Assembly (NCBI RefSeq): GCF_036588685.1
Contig: NC_086375.1
Coordinates: forward strand, 25,730,001 to 25,794,000
Direction: 5' to 3'
DNA: 64,000 bases
DNA from: Mytilus trossulus
Taxonomy: Eukaryota
The position numbers and the translations under genes are program-made. The notes below the pieces were generated by a model. It was not told the DNA's origin. It saw nothing but the letters and a program-made list of their open reading frames with translations, and ran no database searches. Positions 27,001-38,271 of the stretch are shown here, piece after piece (the first letter of the stretch is position 1; the number at the start of each line of letters is the position of its first letter).

Positions 27001-27945
27001 TTACATCAACTTGAAATTTAGTACACATGTTTCCTATGACATGATCTTTCTAAATATAATTCCAAATTAAAGTTTGACCCCAATTTCACAGTCCAATGAA
27101 CATAGAACATGATAGTACGAGTGGGGCATCTGTGTACTATGGACACATTCTTGTTTTTTTAAAGTTTTGCTCATATTATGTGATAAACAAAAAGTACACA
27201 CATGTTGAATGTTTATACCTTTATGTTTTATTCATATAATATTTGTTAAATAATAACGAACAGTTGAGAACATCACTTAGGCTAAGAAAGAATAATGATT
27301 TGTACAAGTTATTATCTTTTTTCTCAGTAAAAATTATACTAGTAATTGCTTGTACAAAAATATCTTCATTTATAATGAGCAATTGGTCAGCTGTATTTTA
27401 TGTGATTTATGTGCTGATGTTTGTCTTTTCAAATGCTTTTTGTTTTTTGACATGACCTTGTGTGTTTGAGTGTTTTAGTTTCTTTCTCTTCTCTTTCTTA
27501 TCTTATCTATATAAAATTGCAAGATGTACACATTTCTCCTAACGTGAATGAGTATTTTCACCGGAAAAGTTATAAGTATTGAATATTTATCTTTAAAGGT
27601 GGTGCTTCTGGTATGACAGAGAAAGAATACACGAATCCCGACAAAATCAGTGTATTAGAATTAAAGGAAGCAGTTATGGTAATGATAAGAGACACCCTTG
27701 ATTGTTCCGATTATTACAACTGGAAGAAACTTGCCGACCTCCATAAGTGGTCCTTTGGTCGAATATACCAGCTTGAACAGAAGTGGAAGAGTCGTAAAAT
27801 CGAGAGTCCTTTCATGCATCTGATTGAAGAATTTCAGCATTATACCCTTCTAGATCTGAAGGAAGATTTGAAACAAATCCCAAGAAAAGATCTGTTGCAC
27901 AAAATAGAGGAACTTCAGAGGGGAGGAATGTTGTTCCATAATTAG
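18098..27945 (+). CDS. Putative signalling adaptor, 538 aa: N-terminal TIR-like (BCAP/BANK1 type) domain, S/Q/N-rich linker, C-terminal death domain
   Basis: Nine phase-consistent GT-AG exons: 18098-18203, 18697-18813, 19408-19569, 21291-21410, 21761-21895, 22826-23356, 24141-24199, 24694-24733, 27599-27945 (1617 nt including stop). The last exon LDCSDYYNWKKLA...IESPFMHLIE..YTLLDLKEDLKQIPRKDLLHKIE has the MyD88/IRAK/EDARADD death-domain pattern. The N-terminal NKCCVLILDDELV...KITSKPNKLIYFKLV...FDECEWRQ resembles the BCAP TIR (less certain). Confidence 0.82.
20024..21257 (+). mobile_element. Helentron-associated interspersed element (HINE/DINE-1-like), family A, about 500-bp internal repeats
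   Basis: 5' subterminal IR AGCTCACCTG..CAAGTGAGCT, (CGTC)n-like microsatellite, tandem core repeats, and a 3' end with the short hairpin GCTCTTTAGAGC. Confidence 0.75.
22277..22427. mobile_element. Short MITE with TGAGG...CCTCA termini (other copies 28726-28876, 61529-61715)
   Basis: Three similar copies; 4-bp TSDs TTCA (28726 copy) and TTAC (61529 copy). Confidence 0.65.
22430..22782 (+). mobile_element. Full-length tRNA-derived SINE (Meta-SINE-like) with a perfect 14-bp TSD
   Basis: A box TGGTGTAGTGG, B box GGTTCGATTC, central GGACGGGGACGATAAA...TGCACGTTAAAGA; TSD AAACCCCCCTCATA at 22416-22429 and 22783-22796. Confidence 0.85.
26701..27153 (+). mobile_element. HINE family B with about 170-bp internal repeats (other copies 56591-57016; minus-strand fragments 42525-42677 and 58148-58325)
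   Basis: ATGCCCCACCTA..TAGAGGGGCAT 5' IR, (CGTC/CGTT) microsatellite, duplicated core CAGGTTAAAGTTTTTGGTCAAGG..., 3' GTGGGGCAT..TGTGT..GGACACATTCTTG. Confidence 0.75.
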
Positions 27946-29789
27946 ATCACCGTCACAAATTCAAGGGAGATAATTAAAAATGTTAAACTTTCATTATTCA
28001 CTATGCAAAGTGTTTTTAGGTGTTGAATTTAAAGTATCTTGATTAATTACTGTAACGATGAAGAATTTTAAAGTACTGATGATATTTAAAATCCAGATAT
28101 GCATTTTCAGGGTTAAATCCAATACAGCTGTTTTGATATTTCACCTAATCAGATAGATGATATAAGAAGCCCCCGACAAGGTTAATCATAACCCTTTGGA
28201 AAAATAGGCCTTGTTTCACACCATATTATTTATTCAGAGTACTGACAAAAGATTTTAACTACATTTAAACATTATATATCTAGGTCCTACCATGCCTTAA
28301 AACTTTTCCAGTTGCACATGTTTTTATGTACTCAGAATAAATTTTGTGGTATAAACAAAGCAATAACTGCCAAAGTGTTAAGAATCTTAATGTGCTTTTT
28401 CAGCATCTATACTTTGTAAATAGAAAATTACATTATACATATACCTTCATTTGTATATTTTGTATTCCTGATTTGTGTAAAAAAATCTATATACATGTAA
28501 CATGATGTTTATACAGTCATGCCTGGAAAAAAATAGGACTATAATTATTATTTTCATAAGTGTAGTCAGACTGTAAATACTGTGGTAAAGTTAAAAACGT
28601 ATACATTCTGGCACAAAGATAGCTTTTTGAAATTCTTACAATTTATTGTAAACTTCTACATGTTTTGAGCTTCGGTGTTAACATATAAAACACTTTTAAT
28701 TTTTTGTTTAGATAAGGCACATTCATGAGGGGGGATAGGACCTTTATTGGGACTCCAGGATCAAGTGTTTTGAAGCTCTGGATTTCAGGATTTACCCTTT
28801 CAGGATCAAGGGAATTCTTTTTTTGAATTTCAGGACCTCAGGATTTCGGGATCAGGACCCCTCCTACTCCCCCTCATTCATGCCAAGAAAGAAAGGTCAT
28901 TTTTTTCGTTGACAAAAATGTTTGTAATAAAATTAGGATTGGCGAATTTGGTGATTGTTAGAAATAATGCATAATTTTTGTTTGGTATTTACTAATAGGG
29001 CACATTTATAACATATAGGGCTATTTCATTGCAAAAATGCTCCTGTCACCTTCTGATAAGGTCGTGTGGGAGCAAACAGTCTTTTGCAAATCATCTTTAT
29101 CATACTAGTCCCAGGATTTTTAATTTATACATTACAATTATGACATAATATATTTTTATATGTGCATCAATTTTTTTCTAAGATATTCGATTTTAATTTT
29201 ATTGAATTGAATAATTTTATTATCAAAGATATAAAGTTAAAAAAAAAAAAAAAAAGAGTTCAATTTAATTTATTATTAAAGAGAATTTTATTGATATTGA
29301 AATCTATATTCATATAAAATATTAAGTTACCTGTACATGTAAAATTTACACTAAATATCTTATATTAATATAGATTTCAATATCAATTGTAAATGAATCA
29401 AATGTAATTGAAATCAAATTTATTTAATCATTTTAATGTAAATTTCATTGAAATTGAATTAAATTTTTTATGATATTTATGATTTTTTTGTTGTTTGGAA
29501 ATTGAAAAAAAGTTTTGTTCATCAAGGACAATTAGGGCCAATTTTTGAATTTTACACATGTGCTTTAAATATTTCCTATAAAGGCGTGCAATAAAAGAAA
29601 TTTGGTACCAATGGAATTTTACCATTGTTTGTTGAAATTTGATATTCCAAAGGGTAAAAAGTAAAAAAGCATGTTTTATTCTTAAGGGAACCAGTCTCTA
29701 CCTCTTTAATCCAATATTCCTTTTCACTGGCACTAGCATTATTTACTTGGCAAGCCATGAATATTAGATGTTTGAAATTTTATATTCTT

Positions 29790-30668
29790 TTATGTGTAAA
29801 TATCATTTACATCTTTGTGTACATATCATATACAATGTATATTTTTGTGTAAATAGCATTTATATTTTTAATGTGTAAATATCATATATAGCTGAAATAT
29901 GTCAATATGATATATATATATATCTATAATGTGCAAATATCATATACATCTTTAGTGCATAATATCATATATGTTTTTAACGTGTAAATATCATATATAT
30001 CTTTAGTGCATAATATCATATATGTTTTTAACGTGTAAATATCATTTCTCTAATTCTATGGAAATTTATCCTTTTCCGAACCCATTGTATAAAAATATTT
30101 AATCAACGTGTGGTTGATGGTGATCTCAAAAGACCATTGGATGAATTTTAGGGTCATGACCTTTTTAGCCAACTGGATGAATCAAAATCTTATAACAGGT
30201 GTTGATGAAATTGACAACTTCATGCAATGTGAAAGGCACTCGAAGGGGATTTTCGGTTAACAAAAAAAGGAAATGTCTTTTTAATCATTAGAGAAACAGA
30301 TTCTTACATAGTTACTCGTGGATTATCGGATTTATCCAATCTCGATAGTTAAATTATAAATTTTAAAGTCCTCGCCGAGGCGGCTCGGACTTTAAAATTG
30401 ATAATTTAACTATCTCGATTGGATAAATCCCATAATCCACTGGTATCAATGTAAGAATCTATATATATATCTTTAGTGCATAATATCATATATATTTTTA
30501 ACGTGTAAATATCATATATATCTTTAGTGCATTATATCATATATGTTTTTAATGTGTAAATATCATATATATCTTTAGTGCATAATATCATATATATTTT
30601 TAACGTGAAAATATCATATATATCTTTAGTGCATTATATCATATATATTTTTAATGTGTAAATATCAT
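29790..30668. repeat. AT-rich minisatellite, about 52-bp unit (26-bp subunits)
   Basis: Repeats of ATATCATATATATCTTTAGTGCATAATATCATATATGTTTTTAACGTGTAA; interrupted at 30047-30460. Confidence 0.85.
30047..30460. mobile_element. Insertion ending in a 163-bp palindrome (Crypton-like non-autonomous element, inferred), inside a minisatellite
   Basis: Palindrome 30298-30460 (AGATTCTTACAT...ATGTAAGAATCT, centre CTCGCCGAGGCGGCTCG) interrupts the 52-bp array. Confidence 0.5.
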
Positions 30669-32392
30669 GTTTAAAGGGAGCTATGGTCTGTGATGTGATA
30701 ATGTTACATAATACAATGAAGATGTATACATGTACAAAGTTAGTTATATAAACTGTGTATTATAAACAGTATTTACCATTATAATTGTGTTGTCTAATCC
30801 AGGGGGTTACAGGGGTTGGACCCCTTTATTTTAACCATCAATGCTTTTGAATGGGGACATATGGTTTGAAGTTGGACCCCTTTCATCCTGGGTTGGAATC
30901 CTCTTTCAAAATAGCTGGCTTTTTATCATTAATATAAACATTCATATATTGTCAAAGACAAGTTCATCAAACAAATCAGACAAATTTTAGCACTTTTTCT
31001 GTATATTTTATTTATCGATTAAATAAAAAAAAACAGTAAATACAATGTCTTCCCTTAAATGAAGTCTACTGTTTGTTTTTATTTAATCGATAAATAAAAT
31101 TTACAGAAATAGTGCTAAAATTTTATAATATAATTTAACACTCAAACTTTTGGATCAAAGACAAGATCATCATTTAGGTAGCTTGGTTTTCAGATTTTTA
31201 AACTTATTTTCTCAATAATCCTAACTTATTCTTGTGATAACTTTTTTATTGTCATGACTTCTATGTTTGTTTCAAATCATTCTTGCTTTAAGCAAAATTT
31301 ATTAACAATATGTTTTCATGCTGAGCATTTACATACATTTTTTTCATTTGTTGCCTGTGTTTGTTTTTCATTGAATATAATTCATTTTTGTTATTTTTTA
31401 TAGCACTGTCTATAAGTAAAATGTAAACAGTTACACCTATATTTAAAAGATCAATTCCTAATAAGTATACAGAAACCAAACATCCAAAATCATTATTGTG
31501 GATTCATTTATTTTCATGAGTATCAAATAATGTGGATTCAGGAAACATTATATTTTTTAAAGTTAATTTCCCTTTTTTTCCAAAATCTGCATACAAGTCA
31601 ATAGGAAATTTGTACTTAATTGGACTCACATATACCCACAAAAATTGGTACTGCAAGATATTAACAATTCCACAGTTCATTGTGAAGTTCATTTCACTCA
31701 AAAGTACTGAATAGTTTTTGCTGTCCTCAAATTGATATAGTTAATTGTCAAAACTGCATTTGGAAATAAATTTGTATAAATTGACATATTATATATACAC
31801 TGTATACTGAGTACAACTCTACATGTACATGTTTTTCCTAACCCTAAGATGACTTAATTGAGTTGTATTATTTTTTTTATTTTCTATTTTTTATATATGT
31901 ATGTTCCTATACAAGAAATCCATATTTGACATATTTCGAACAATCTATTTTTCTCCATCAATCCTGAGAAGAGTCATGTTAATAATTCTTTCATAAAAAT
32001 GATGTTTATAAAAATTGTACATAACAGTGAAATGTAAGAGATGATGTTACAGCTAATATTTTGTGCATTTTCAAATTATATTGTTGTTTTAAAAAGTCCT
32101 ATAGAAATCTCGAATTTAGATCTGAACTTGTACATTAATTTGAATAATTATTTTTCCTGACAATTTTTTTCTGCCATAAAAAGCAAGGGTAAGAAAATCC
32201 CATAATAATTATTACAGTGAAACCTGTGTATAAATGCCAATGGTAAAACCATAGAAATCTGACCTAATGCGAGAGGTGACCCTTGAAATATATGTACAAT
32301 GTATTAATGTCTGTGTCATGTGGTCTCTTGTGGAGAGTTGTCTCATTGGCAATCATGCCACATCTTCTTTTTTATACAGAAGTATAACTAAA

Positions 32393-32691
32393 GGTGGTAC
32401 CTAACACCTTGACTTAAATTAGTTTGGCTCGTTTAATTTTCATAAAATTTTGTCAACATTTACTTTGACCCTTTGACCAAAATATAAAAAAATTCAAAAT
32501 CTTTGAACCATATCTCGGAAAATTTGCATTGGATATATAGCAGTTTGAAAATCATGAATTTTGATTATTGAGGAGCTTAAATATCCTTAACAATACAACG
32601 TGATTAAAAGGTTTACCTGATTTTACAGAGTTATCTCCCTGTAGAATACCTGATTTTACAGAGTTATCTTCCTGTAATGTTAGGTACCACC
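32393..32691. mobile_element. MITE with GGTGGTACCTAACA TIRs (other copies about 23659-23943 and degenerate about 54589-54840)
   Basis: TIR GGTGGTACCTAACA / TGTTAGGTACCACC; TTAA-like flanks. Confidence 0.65.
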
Positions 32692-35102
32692 TTAGTGGGG
32701 CACTAAGAATTTAACCTGAGAAGACAGTATAAAAAAGAAGATGTGGTATGATTGCCAATGAGACAACTATCCTCAAAAGACCAAAATGGCACAAACATTA
32801 ACAACTTTAGGTCACCGTACAGCCTTCAACAATGAAAAGCCCATATCGCATATAGTCAGGTTTTCAATTATTAGAGGTTACCATTATATATTAAAGAAGA
32901 TGTGGTTTTATTGCCAATGCGACCACTATCCACAAGAGACCAAATGACATAGAAATTTACAACAATATGTCAATACATGGCCTTCAACAATGAACAAAGC
33001 CCATACTGCATGCACATTTTCACTGCTTTCAAACTGATTTTGGTAAGGAGTATGCTGAAAGTAATCAATAAATATAAGGAGATTTTACACTCAAAAAACA
33101 CAATGAAAACTATATTCTTTATGAAAAAAGTAAGATAACAACATCAAGGAAAATTTCAAACATCAAATGGCAAAAGGGCAAAAAATGAAAACTATCCTGA
33201 ATATATTTGAACTATTTGCCACTTGACATAAAGCATACAAAAAATAAGGAATGAAACTTAGGAATATGTAGGAATAATGAATTTTATGATTATTTCGGGA
33301 TTAGGATAATGTCTATGTGGCAGAACAATTTTATTAGAGCTCCAAGATTTTAACGTATGAAAAAAGGGCATTATATTTGTGTACAAACAAAATGAATGGA
33401 TTCAATCATTGTTTGTTTACATCCTGTTGTTTTCATTTATATGATTAATCCATTTGATGTTTTAAAAAAAAGGATTAAAAAAACAGGTTTTATATAGGAT
33501 TGGAGTTATTTTCAACAGTTTTTTTTCTAAATAGAAATCACATGTTTTATAATGCTACACTTAGAATTTACTATCAAACATCTCACAACAATTTAACATG
33601 TGAAATGAAATCTGGTGCAACTTTTAAAAAGCATTGCATACTTTGTTTTTTTTATATGAACAGCTCTAAAACTCAAATGTATAAACATTTTTATTGTATA
33701 AAGTTTTCCATAACTATCTGTAATGTATGAAATCCATAGTATTGATTATTTTTACTTTTATATTCCAATATTTTTGATGATATTGATATTTATCACATAC
33801 TTAGACTAAGTAACATATGATTTTTACTGTATGATAATATCATTAAATTAACGTAAATTCCATATTTTTCAAATTGGTGCTTAGCGGGCTGATATGAAAA
33901 GTTTATCACATGCTTCGAGTGTTATCTAATGTCTTTCCGTAACGTTATCGCATGGCATTCCAGTGAAACTCGGCAAATTCAGTAAAATACACTTCAATGC
34001 TACGTTTTCACTGAAAAACATTACAAAGAAGTGTAGTACAAAACAATTATTTGGATACTGGAAAGTATATTTTGTAAAATAAAACAAAAACAATCAAATT
34101 ATTAAATAAATGCATTTTTTAAAGTTTAAAACATAATTTAGAAAGTTGATTTTTCAAAACAGTGTTCATTATGTATATTTTTTAATTATTTTTTTGTCGT
34201 TTCGTCAAAATTTAAATGTTTTTCTTCTATGTTGAGGCATATGATAGAAAAATTTCATATCGAATGTACTAAATTTAGGGTCTGATGTCCGTGAACTTTT
34301 CACTCTTTGAACTTCTATTTGGGAACCACGTAGAAGGATCAATATATGAATCTGATTTTCTCAATCGTTGAAGCATATGATAAAAAGATCATAACATGTC
34401 ATTTTTCATATTGCATGTATTATCAGCCCTCGGTCAATATCAGCCCTTGAGCCATGCTGCTCTTGGGCTGATATTGAACCTAGGGCTGATAATACATGCG
34501 AAATGAAAAATGCCATGTAATAATCTGATATTATCATCTTTGGGATGATTGATTATATCAACAAAGTCTAACGATAATTTGCAAATTTACTTTATAGATA
34601 TATAAAGTTGTCATATATTTAGACATGTACAATAAAATTTAAAAAATAATGTTGCGGCATAGTCATTAGCTTTATCATCTTTGATGACAGACATAATAGC
34701 TGACCTGAAAATATAAAAAAGAAGATGTGGTATGATTGCCAATGAAACAACTATCCACAAAAGACCAAATGACACTAAAAAGTACACCATCCACATGCTA
34801 CTATACAATGTGTAATGTTTTACAACTGTAATTAAAGCAATAAGCAAAGGCATTACATCAACCAACAAAAGCTACATTTTTAGAGTAGTCTAATGCTCTG
34901 GACAGGTCGCAGGCTTTGTTGTCATGATGTCAGTCAGAATCAATGGTTTGAATCCTGCTAACATTGTTGGGCTCTTTGTATATATATATTTATATGTCGA
35001 TCAGACATAGTTCACCTGACCAAACACGGTTAAAATTAAGAGATTAGGTCAGTTTCTCAAATACTATAAGCAGTAGATCAACAGTGTATAGAATGAGTGT
35101 AA

Positions 35103-38100
35103 TGGGGCCAAGTGAGCTTTTTTCATCACTTGGCGTCCAGCGTCCGGCGTCCCTCGTCATTGTTGTCGTTTACTTTTACAAAAATCTTCTCCTCTGAACC
35201 TACTGGGCCAAATCAATCCAAACTTGGCCACAATCATCATTGGGGTATCTAGTTTAAAAAATGTGTGGCGTGACTTGCCAAACCAACCAAGATGGCCGCC
35301 ATGGCTAAAAATAGAACATAGGGGTAAAATGCATTTTTTGGCTTATAACTCAAAAACCAAAGCATTTACAGCAAATCTGACTGGGGTAAAATTGTTTATC
35401 AGATTGTTTATCAATTTTCAGATGAATCATACAACCAGTTGTTGGGTTGCTGCCCCTGAATTGGTAATTTTAGGGAAATTTTGCTGTTTTTGGTTATTAT
35501 CTTGAATATAAGTATAGATAGAGATAAACTGTAAACAGCTATAATGTTCAGCAAAGTAAGATTTACAAATAAGTCAACATTACCAAAATGGTCAGTTGAC
35601 CCCTTTAGTAGTTATTGTCCTTTAAAGTAAATTTTTAACCATTTTTCGTAAATTTTATATATCTTTTACAAAAATCTTCTCCTCTGAAACTGCTGGGCCA
35701 AATTAATCCAAACTTGGCCACAATCCTCTTTGGGGTATCTTGTTTAAAAAATGTGTGGCGTTACCCGCCAAACCAACCAAGATGGCCGCCGTGGCTAAAA
35801 CTAGAACATAGGGGTAAAATGCAGTTTTTGGATTATTACTAAAAAAACAAAGCATTGAGAGCAAATCTGACACAAAGGTAAAATTGTTTGTAAGGTCAAG
35901 ATCTTTTTGCCCTGAAATTTTCAGATGAATCAGAGAACACGTTGTTGGGTTGCTGCCCCTGAATTGGTAATTTTAAGGAAATTTTGCTGTTTTTGGTTAT
36001 TATCTTGAATATTATTATAGATGAAGATAAACTGTAAACAGCAATAATGTTCAGCAAAGTAAGATTTACAAATAAGTCAACATGACCAAAATGGTCAGTT
36101 GACCCATTTAGTAGTTATTGCCCTTTAAAAGTCAATTTTTAACCATTTTTCGTAAATTTTATATATCTTTTACAAAAATTTTTTCTCTGAAACTGCTGGG
36201 CCAAATTAATCCAAACTTGGCCACAATCCTCTTTGGGGTATCTTGTTTAAAAAATGTGTGGCGTTACCCGCCAAACCAACCAAGATGGCCGCCGTGGCTA
36301 AAACTAGAACATAGGGGTAAAATGCAGTTTTGGGATTATTACTAAAAAAACAAAGCATTGAGAGCAAATCTGACACAAAGGTAAAATTGTTTGTAAGGTC
36401 AAGATCTTTTTGCCCTGAAATTTTCAGATGAATCAGAGAACACGTTGTTGGGTTGCTGCCCCTGAATTGGTAATTTTAAGGAAATTTTGCTGTTTTTGGT
36501 TATTATCTTGAATATTATTATAGATGAAGATAAACTGTAAACAGCAATAATGTTCAGCAAAGTAAGATTTACAAATAAGGCAACATGACCAAAATGGTCA
36601 GTTGACCCATTTAGTAGTTATTGCCCTTTAAAGTCAATTTTTAACCATTTTTCGTAAATTTTATATATCTTTTACAAAAATTTTTCCTCTGAAACTGCTG
36701 GGCCAAATTAATCCAAACTTGGCCACAATCATCTTTGGGGTATCTTGTTTAAAAAATGTGTGGCGTTACCCGCCAAACCAACCAAGATGGCCGCCATGGC
36801 TAAAACTAGAACATAACTATTGGTTTATAAAAATTTTAATCAAATATCATCTTATAACTAAGCCTCATTTAATTTTACAAATTTGTCATGAATCCATCTA
36901 CTTCCTTTGTTTAATATTCACTTAGACCAAGGTGAGCGACACAGGCTCTTTAGAGCCTCTAGTTTGGTATCATATTTGAAATTGTTTTATAACTCATCGG
37001 CAGGGACGTATATACTATATAGTATATATTATCAGTCCTTGTTATCGGTGACCTATATTTTTATTATGATTTCAAATAAGCTGTACATAAACTAAATAAT
37101 TTTAAAATTTAAGAGATTTCTGTAATTAGGTTTTGGCCACAATCATCATTGGGGTATCTAGTTTAAAAAATGTGTGGCGTGACTCGCCAAACCAACCAAG
37201 ATGGCCACCATGGCTAAAAATAGAACATAGGGGTAAAATGCATTTTTTGGCTTATAACTCAAAAACCAAAGCATTTACAGCAAATCTGACTGGGGTAAAA
37301 TTGTTTCTATCTGCCCTGAAATTTTCAGATGAATCATACAACCAGTTGTTGGGTTGCTGCCCCTGAATTGGTAATTTTAGGGAAATTTTGCTGTTTTTGG
37401 TTATTATCTTGAATATTATTATAGATAGAGATAAACTGTAAACAGCAATAATGTTCAGCAAAGTAAGATTTACAAATAAGTCAAGTGACCAAAATGGTCA
37501 GTTGACCCCTTTAGAAGTTATTGCCCTTTATTGTCAATTTTTAACCATTTTTCGTAAATCTTGGTTATCATTTACAAAAATCTTCTCCTCTGAAACTACA
37601 GGGCCAAATCAATCCAAACTTGGCCACAATCATCTTTGGGGTATCTAGTTTAAAAAATGTGTCCGATGACCCAGCCATCAAATCAAGATGGCCGCCACAG
37701 CTAAAAATAGAACATAGAGGTAAAATGCAGTTTTTGGCTTATAACTCGAAAACGAAAGCATTTAGAGCAAATCTGACATGGGGTTAAGATGTTAATCAGG
37801 TCAACATCTATCTGCCCTGAAATTAACACATAACCTGTTGTTGGGTTGCTGTCCCTGAATCAGTAATTTTAAGGAAATTTTTCTTATTTTGGTTATTATC
37901 TTGAACATAATTATGGATAGAGATAAACTGTAAACAGCAATAATGTTCAGCAAAGTAAGATTTACAAATAAGTAAAAATGACCGAAATGGTCAATTGACC
38001 CCCTAAGGAGTAATTGTCCTTTATAGTCAATTTTTAACAATTTTTATAAAATTTGTAAATTTTTATTAACATTTTCCACTGAAACTACTTGGCCAAGTTC

Positions 38101-38271
38101 ATTATAGATAGAGATAATTGTAGGCAGCAAGACTGTTTAGTAAAGTAAGATGTACAAACACATCACCATCACCAAAACACAATTTTGTCATGAATCCATC
38201 TGCTTCCTTTGTTTAATATTCTGAAATCACATAGACCAAGGTGAGCGACACTGGCTCTTTAGAGCCTCTAG
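35103..38271 (+). mobile_element. Two adjacent family-A HINE copies (35103-36962; 37131-38271) with about 500-bp tandem core units
   Basis: Same core as 20024-21257 (unit starts near 35181, 35671, 36175, 36677). Both copies end in GGTGAGCGACAC.GGCTCTTTAGAGCCTCTAG and are interleaved with fragments of the TTAA MITE. Confidence 0.8.

Noticed and set aside
28226-28234. AU-rich element TTATTTATT in the TIR-DD 3' UTR
   Set aside because: A single nonamer is expected by chance at this AT content.
29428-29758. Short minus-strand ORFs
   Set aside because: No supported splice partners or domain; likely decayed repeat sequence.
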